39,612 bases of DNA, taken from the NCBI GenBank assembly GCA_003154055.1, contig PMCH01000363.1, positions 7,032 to 46,643 of the forward strand, in the 5' to 3' direction. This stretch comes from Acidobacteriaceae bacterium. Its GTDB lineage: Bacteria > Acidobacteriota > Terriglobia > Terriglobales > Acidobacteriaceae. The number at the start of each line of letters is the position of its first letter. The stretch's first letter is position 1. The translations under genes were made by a program, and so were the position numbers. Shown piece after piece: positions 34,916-39,612 of the stretch. The notes under the pieces were generated by a model. It did no database searches. It saw only the letters and a list, made by a program, of their open reading frames with translations, and was not told where the DNA came from.

Positions 34916-35368
34916 TTAGACGACTGCGAGATCCGGCGTCACGTCCGTTGCGAGGTCGATCAGCTGCAGGATCTGATCGGGATACCAATCGATGTGCTCG
35001 AGTTTGCCTCCCTCAGTTTCGGTTGTATTCACCTGCTTCCTACCTAGAATCGTGATGCGTCGCGGCTCAAGGCCGACTCTAAGCTCATTCTCTTCAAAGC
35101 CGAAGACGTTAGCTCGAACACTGATCCGATCGTCTGATTCCAGCATGGAAACGGGGACTGGGCGCAGCAGCTCTGATTCTGCCCGGAACCAGTCTTCCCA
35201 GTCGTGACCGTGTTCACTGCCACGCGCCTCAAACAGCTCGTAGGCGCGGCGCACGATCGCAAGCTGTACCTCTTGCATCTCCCAGTGGAGATCCTCGATG
35301 TTGCGCAAATTTAACGATGTGCTGGCTGGGCCAGATTGCTGTGGTTGGAACGCCCTTGTGGACTTCAT
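34916..35368 (-). CDS. DUF2934-like N-terminus fused to an Hsp20/alpha-crystallin-like domain
   Basis: VRRAYELFEARGSEHGHDWEDWFRAE (DUF2934-like), followed by a beta-rich segment (ISVRANVFGFEENELRVGLEPRRITILGRK...). ATG at 35368 preceded by GAAGGAGGA. Confidence 0.55.
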   Translation of the reverse strand: MKSTRAFQPQQSGPASTSLNLRNIEDLHWEMQEVQLAIVRRAYELFEARGSEHGHDWEDWFRAESELLRPVPVSMLESDDRISVRANVFGFEENELRVGLEPRRITILGRKQVNTTETEGGKLEHIDWYPDQILQLIDLATDVTPDLAVV

Positions 35369-35493
35369 AACATCCTCCTTCGGATGTCGCAGAAGGAGCA
35401 ACGCTCGGCCTTTAGTCGCTGGCACAGGCCAGGGCACCCTATGAGAGACGGGGCGCGCTCAAACCGGCCCCAAACAAACTTTTCTCACCGTTC

Positions 35494-35631
35494 CTACTTC
35501 GCCGAGACTGTAAGAATCAACACAGCGAAGACTACCAAGACGAAACTTACGACAAGAGAAAGTAGGTTGTGGAACGGATGTGCGTGGAAGAAGCTATCGC
35601 CGGACCTCCTAAAATGCATTAGGAGGTTCAT
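35494..35631 (-). CDS. Candidate unannotated 45-aa hydrophobic peptide
   Basis: Hand translation: MNLLMHFRRSGDSFFHAHPFHNLLSLVVSFVLVVFAVLILTVSAK, stop TAG at 35494-35496. GGAGG lies 6 nt upstream of the ATG at 35631. Below the 60-aa cutoff of the ORF track. Confidence 0.35.
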   Translation of the reverse strand: MNLLMHFRRSGDSFFHAHPFHNLLSLVVSFVLVVFAVLILTVSAK

Positions 35632-35838
35632 GATCAACCTCCTGCGACGATCAGGCAGCAGACTCGTTTTCAATCTCTGGCCTGCAGTTCCCTACCTTTT
35701 ATTAAACACTTTTCGATCCGATGTTGCAGTGATCTCGGCGATTTTGTTCCTCGCACCCGCGTCAGGTGTTTGTAGTGTCACATCTGATCCTTGATGGTAC
35801 GGCTCACCCGCCTAACGCCTTTCCCAGAGTTCTCCGGC

Positions 35839-36330
35839 CTACCAAGTGAGCCCGCCCGAGGGAGGCGGCCATTTCCCGAGCAGTTGTCTCAATATGACGA
35901 CCTGTCCGCTGTGGTAGCTGGTGTGGGAGGCGATGCTATGAAACACTCGCAAACGGCTCGTTTTGCCAATCTTTCCGAGGAGATCTCCCTCACGAGATCT
36001 ACTCTTCAGCTGGTCGAGGCCCACGCGAAAATCCCGAACCGCACGTTTCCATTCTTGGGGGCTTGCCGGGCCTAGATCGCTTGGCCAACTGCCCGCCGCA
36101 TGTTTGGGAACAGCAGGGTCTTGGCCGTTGAGCCACCGCAACACCCAGTTCTGCCAGTAGCTGGTGTGCGCCAGCAGCTGGAAAATGGAATGCAGAGCTC
36201 CGGGCGGTCGCATAGCAGCGGTTTTCCAGTCCAGCCCGTCGAAAACACATTGCGTCCCTGCATGCGCACCCTGTCCTGATAAAGCGTGCCCGACGATTTG
36301 GCTGAGGACTTTATCATTGTTGCCCTTCAT
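35839..36330 (-). CDS. DinB-family (DinB_2/YfiT-like) four-helix-bundle protein
   Basis: HSIFQLLAHTSYWQNW... and ...HSIASHTSYHSGQVVILRQL carry the His-containing DinB motifs. ATG at 36330 preceded by AGGAGG. Confidence 0.7.
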   Translation of the reverse strand: MKGNNDKVLSQIVGHALSGQGAHAGTQCVFDGLDWKTAAMRPPGALHSIFQLLAHTSYWQNWVLRWLNGQDPAVPKHAAGSWPSDLGPASPQEWKRAVRDFRVGLDQLKSRSREGDLLGKIGKTSRLRVFHSIASHTSYHSGQVVILRQLLGKWPPPSGGLTW

Positions 36331-36549
36331 GGCCCGCCTCCTTTTGGCATTTCGGTCAACAAGACCCGTGCACCCGGATTGGGTCTTATATTCTTTCAGG
36401 AAGACAAAATCAGTAATGGCAGCCGCAAACTGTGAAAGAGTTGCGAAATTTGCCCGTACTGGCTGCGATCTCCCGCAGTCCCGAAATGGAACCCAGTGTC
36501 ACTGACTTTTCGGTTGTGGGCGGAGGAACATGGTCGGCGGGAGGTTACT

Positions 36550-36942
36550 ATGTTTCAACGATTTGCCGCTGGTACTGCCATCGCTTCGATTCCCATTGCT
36601 ATCGCTGCCCTCATCTTGGGCTTCACACCGAGTCTGACGTTCGAGAAGATCTATCCCCTCACCATTTTCTGGTGTTGCGCACCGCTGGCGTGGGGAGTCT
36701 GGGCGCTGCTGACACCCTCGGCATGGATGCCGAAACGACTGCCGCTTTGGGGAGCACTTCTAGGACTCTTCGCGGGATCGATGGCGGCTTTCGTGCTGAA
36801 CCTGCCTTCTCGGTTTCTAGGAGGACCAACGCCGATCCTGGTGCGCGTGGTGGCGGTTCTGGTCATGACGTTGTTCTATTACATGATGTGGATGCTGGTG
36901 CGCGGAGCTTGCCGATGGCTGACAGGCGCAACCTCCGCATGA
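36550..36942 (+). CDS. Small integral membrane protein (4 predicted TM helices)
   Basis: ATG at 36550 preceded by GGGAGGT. Hydrophobic segments AIASIPIAIAALILGF, LTIFWCCAPLAWGVWALL, LWGALLGLFAGSMAAFVL and VRVVAVLVMTLFYYMMWML. Confidence 0.55.
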   Translation: MFQRFAAGTAIASIPIAIAALILGFTPSLTFEKIYPLTIFWCCAPLAWGVWALLTPSAWMPKRLPLWGALLGLFAGSMAAFVLNLPSRFLGGPTPILVRVVAVLVMTLFYYMMWMLVRGACRWLTGATSA

Positions 36943-37088
36943 CGTCTCTGCCACTGTGCGGTGAATCACAGACAAGGAGGACGTGTGATCGCTAGCCTAG
37001 GACTGTAAACACCGTGCCCGAGCTCGGGCCGACCGCAGGCCTGATCGGTGTTGTGGCGACCGCCGGGCCACACAAGAGGAGGTGTCTC

Positions 37089-38219
37089 ATGCCTCTCGAT
37101 CCTCTGGAATCCCGTCCTTCCCTCCAAAAACTCCTTGCAGGACTCATGCTGATTCTCGTTCCCGTGACGGTTTTTGGCTTCTATGTTGCGTTGCAGGGGG
37201 ATAGCTATGTTCGCCACGTGAGTGGAGACCATTTCCGTACCCTCACTCGAATATCAGCAGAGACCACCTCCCGCTTCGTGGGAGAGTTCGTGAAAGATGT
37301 GGGCGCGATCGCAAACAGCCCCAGCGTTGTGCAGGCCGTCACTTCCGCGAATCGGCCTTACGAACACCTCAGCGAAGAAGCGGTTCGCAGCAAAGTGGAC
37401 GCGATCGAAAATAAATGGAATACGTCGGAGGCCGATGCCCTGTCTCGGGGTATTCTGACCTCCGATCTGACGCGCGAATTGCGCCGGGCGCGCGAGTTGA
37501 ATGCAAAACTGCTGAAGATCACCGTGGTTGACATCAGCGGGGCAACCGTCGCCGCAACCGACAAACCGTTGCATTACTTCCAGACCGACCGCGAGTACTG
37601 GCGTTTGCTCTACTCACAGGAACAGGGCGCCATCCACGTATCGGACGTGCGCTACGACGAGCAGAACCGCCTGTACTATGTCAGCGTCGCCTATCCGATT
37701 CTGCAGGAAGGCACGGGGCGGTTCATTGGTGCGGTCACGGCGCTGGTAGACCTGTCGCCACTGTTCGCACAATTGAATGGGCATCAGATCGGGCGCACGG
37801 GACGTCTGTTCCTAGTGCGCGACGACGGGGTGGTGATCCAGGCTCCGAGCGTGACTCCCGGCATGAAAATCAAATCCGAGGAATTTGCCGCGATCCGGGA
37901 CGCGCTGGGAACGCTACGAGGTCGGGAAGTGGGATATATCTACGCTACCCTACCCAAGGGCGAATTGTACTTGATCGGTTTCGCCGATACCGGGCTGCGA
38001 GAGGCCTATCCCAATCTGCCCTGGATTGTGCTGGCAAGCCAGGAGGATCGGGAGGTGGTTGGCCCCGTTCGAGGAATGGCTGGTTTCGCGTTGTTGATGT
38101 TGATCCTGGCGCTGTTGATGATGACGCTGCTCGGTGCGTACGTGTTCCTGCATCGCAAGCAGAAACTGGAGGACATCGAGACACCACCGGAAGACAACCA
38201 GCGCCCGGCAGCGCCGTAA
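37089..38219 (+). CDS. Membrane protein with a periplasmic Cache-like sensor domain between two TM helices and no cytoplasmic output domain
   Basis: ATG at 37089 preceded by AGAGGAGG. TM1 is LLAGLMLILVPVTVFGFYVAL. The ~300-aa extracytoplasmic region has Cache-like hallmarks (ITVVDISGATVAATDK...YFQTDREYW...IHVSDVRYDEQNRLYYVSVAYPI...GAVTALVDL). TM2 is FALLMLILALLMMTLLGAYVFL, followed by only ~25 aa. Confidence 0.6.
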   Translation: MPLDPLESRPSLQKLLAGLMLILVPVTVFGFYVALQGDSYVRHVSGDHFRTLTRISAETTSRFVGEFVKDVGAIANSPSVVQAVTSANRPYEHLSEEAVRSKVDAIENKWNTSEADALSRGILTSDLTRELRRARELNAKLLKITVVDISGATVAATDKPLHYFQTDREYWRLLYSQEQGAIHVSDVRYDEQNRLYYVSVAYPILQEGTGRFIGAVTALVDLSPLFAQLNGHQIGRTGRLFLVRDDGVVIQAPSVTPGMKIKSEEFAAIRDALGTLRGREVGYIYATLPKGELYLIGFADTGLREAYPNLPWIVLASQEDREVVGPVRGMAGFALLMLILALLMMTLLGAYVFLHRKQKLEDIETPPEDNQRPAAP

Positions 38220-38305
38220 GGCGGCCCAGCGCGGGTAGTCGGGTGTCGTGCGATGGTGAGGGAAGAAAGGCAGAGTGGGGTCTGTTGCTTAGGGAGAGGA
38301 TTCCT

Positions 38306-38887
38306 ATGCTGGTCGCGTCTGAATTAAAAGCAGGGATGGTCATCCGAATGGAGGGCCAGATTTACAGAGTTCTCGAAGTGGAGAGCCGGGCGGGAGCGGC
38401 GAAACTGGGCGGTGTTGTCAAGGCCAAGCTGAGTAACGTGCGGAGCGGCCGGATATGGGAGCCGCACCTCCGCCCGCAGGAACGAGTGGAAGAGCTGCAG
38501 GTGGAGCGGCAACTGATGGAATTCCTGTTTCGTCAGGGGAGCACCTGTACATTTATGAACCCCAACACCTGCGAACAGATTGAGGTATCAAGCGAGATTC
38601 TGGGGCCGGCCGAGCAATTTCTTCAGGCCGGGATGCAAATGCCGGTGGAGTTCTTCGAAGGCGTCCCCATCAGCGCCGTTCTGCCGGACATCATGGAGGC
38701 TCGGGTTGCGGACACGGCGCCGGCCGCGCGTTCGCAACAAGACAGCGCCTGGAAAGAAGCCAGACTCGACAATGGTCTCGTGATCCGCGTTCCGCTCTTC
38801 ATTGCTCCCGGGGAAAGTGTCCGGGTTGATCTGCGCACTGGCCAGTACGTGGAACGGGCGCACCCGGATCGAAAACGGATCGCATAA
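38306..38887 (+). CDS. Elongation factor P-like protein (EfpL/YeiP-like paralog)
   Basis: ELKAGMVIRMEGQIYRVLEVES...VVKAKLSNVRSG...VIRVPLFIAPGESVRVDLRTGQYVERA is collinear with EF-P. The loop reads SRAGAAKLGG instead of the canonical KPGKGQA. ATG at 38306 preceded by GGGAGAGGA. Confidence 0.8.
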   Translation: MLVASELKAGMVIRMEGQIYRVLEVESRAGAAKLGGVVKAKLSNVRSGRIWEPHLRPQERVEELQVERQLMEFLFRQGSTCTFMNPNTCEQIEVSSEILGPAEQFLQAGMQMPVEFFEGVPISAVLPDIMEARVADTAPAARSQQDSAWKEARLDNGLVIRVPLFIAPGESVRVDLRTGQYVERAHPDRKRIA

Positions 38888-38923
38888 CACCTTGCTCCGT
38901 CGAGCGCGGGGCGGAGGAGAGCT

Positions 38924-39409
38924 ATGCTCGAAATGACGGCTATTCGCATGGAGTTTCCGGCCGATGCCAACATCATCGTCGGCCAGTCGCACTTTATCAA
39001 AACGGTGGAAGACCTCTATGAAGCGGTCGCGACCACGGTGCCGCAGGCCAAGTTCGGTCTGGCGTTCAATGAAAGCTCCGGGGCATGCCTGACGCGGTCG
39101 GAAGGAAATGACCAGGCGCTGCGGGAGACTGCCGTACGCAATGCCCAGGCAATCGGTTCGGGTCACACGTTTGTGGTCGTGATCCAGGACGCCTACCCCA
39201 TCAATGTACTGAACGCAATCCGAAATGTTCCCGAGGTTTGCACGATTTTTTGTGCGACCGCCAACCCGGTCGAGATCGTCGTGGCCCGGAGTGAGCAAGG
39301 TCAGGGGGTGCTAGGGGTGATCGACGGCAGTTCTCCGAAGGGCGTGGAGGGGCCCACCGACGTTGCTTGGCGTCACGACCTACTGCGCAAGATCGGCTAC
39401 AAACGATAA
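38924..39409 (+). CDS. PF04008-like protein ('adenosine-specific kinase' family)
   Basis: GQSHFIKTVEDLYEA...FGLAFNESSG...GHTFVVVIQDAYPINVLNAIRNVPEVCTIFCATANP...GVLGVIDG matches my recollection of this ~160-aa archaeal/bacterial family. ATG at 38924 preceded by GGAGGAGA. Confidence 0.6.
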   Translation: MLEMTAIRMEFPADANIIVGQSHFIKTVEDLYEAVATTVPQAKFGLAFNESSGACLTRSEGNDQALRETAVRNAQAIGSGHTFVVVIQDAYPINVLNAIRNVPEVCTIFCATANPVEIVVARSEQGQGVLGVIDGSSPKGVEGPTDVAWRHDLLRKIGYKR

Positions 39410-39561
39410 GGCCGCACACCCGTTGCAACCTGATCCTGAAGCATGGCGCAAGCCTCGCTGACTTTCGGTCATTGCCTCGAGCGGCCGCTAAAAGAATCGC
39501 CTCGTATTCCTGAGACGCGAGAGTCTATATGGTCTGTCCGTTCTTTTCTGTCTATGTAGGT

Positions 39562-39612
39562 CGGAAGATTCTCAATCTTCAAACCCGGGTTCGATTCCCG
39601 GTAGCGCTACCA
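39562..39612 (+). repeat. Perfect 51-bp direct repeat of the 3' part of tRNA-Glu (att-like)
   Basis: CGGAAGATTCTCAATCTTCAAACCCGGGTTCGATTCCCGGTAGCGCTACCA is identical to 20695-20745. The upstream 24 nt cannot form the acceptor or D arm, so this is not a second tRNA gene. Confidence 0.9.

Noticed and set aside
35336-35794. 152-aa plus-strand ORF in the hsp20-dinB spacer
   Set aside because: It overlaps the 5' end of the Hsp20-like gene and shows no SD at its start and no motifs. The internal ATG at 35630 has an SD only 3 nt away. The minus-strand 45-aa ORF has better initiation signals.
38588-39298. 236-aa minus-strand ORF spanning the efp-like / PF04008-like genes
   Set aside because: It crosses two well-supported plus-strand genes and their intergenic SD, and no motif was recognised.
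39538-39612. Possible second complete tRNA-Glu gene at the window end
   Set aside because: Only the 3' 51 nt match. The 5' 24 nt (CCGTTCTTTTCTGTCTATGTAGGT) cannot pair with the TAGCGCT acceptor strand or form a D arm. It is therefore a partial copy (att-like or pseudogene fragment), not a functional tRNA.

Overview
A 39.6 kb bacterial chromosomal segment with moderately high GC. The gene content suggests Acidobacteria (a CarboxypepD_reg-type TonB-dependent receptor, a CadC-like winged-helix/TPR regulator, sulfatase-TPR fusions); this phylum call is inference only. Left part (1-13.7 kb): a TonB-dependent receptor and a CarboxypepD_reg/TPR protein, three paralogous alkaline-phosphatase-superfamily ('sulfatase-like') TPR fusion proteins, a PhoU-family protein with an OmpR-family response regulator, and a lipocalin. 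Middle (13.7-19.6 kb): an imuA-imuB-dnaE2 error-prone polymerase cassette on the minus strand. It carries at least seven 7-bp-period tandem repeat arrays and palindromic insertions, several of them in frame inside coding sequence. Next come a DUF2089-like HTH gene overlapping a membrane protein gene, then tRNA-Glu(CUC) at 20671-20745. The last 51 nt of this tRNA are repeated perfectly at 39562-39612, the window end, so about 18.9 kb is bracketed like an integrated island, though no integrase is visible. The bracketed segment contains a 9-gene minus-strand operon, hdrC-hdrB-hdrA-mvhD-mvhG-mvhA-endopeptidase-hybB-like-gcvH-like. This is a group-3c-like [NiFe] hydrogenase/heterodisulfide reductase module fused to a HybB/NrfD-type membrane subunit and a membrane-anchored GcvH-like protein without the lipoyl lysine. 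It also holds stress and adaptation cargo: OsmC, a CFA-synthase-like methyltransferase, DUF2934/Hsp20, DinB, an orphan Flp pilin, a dCache sensor without an output domain, an EfpL-like EF-P paralog and a PF04008-like protein. All functional calls come from motif recognition by eye; no database search was run.
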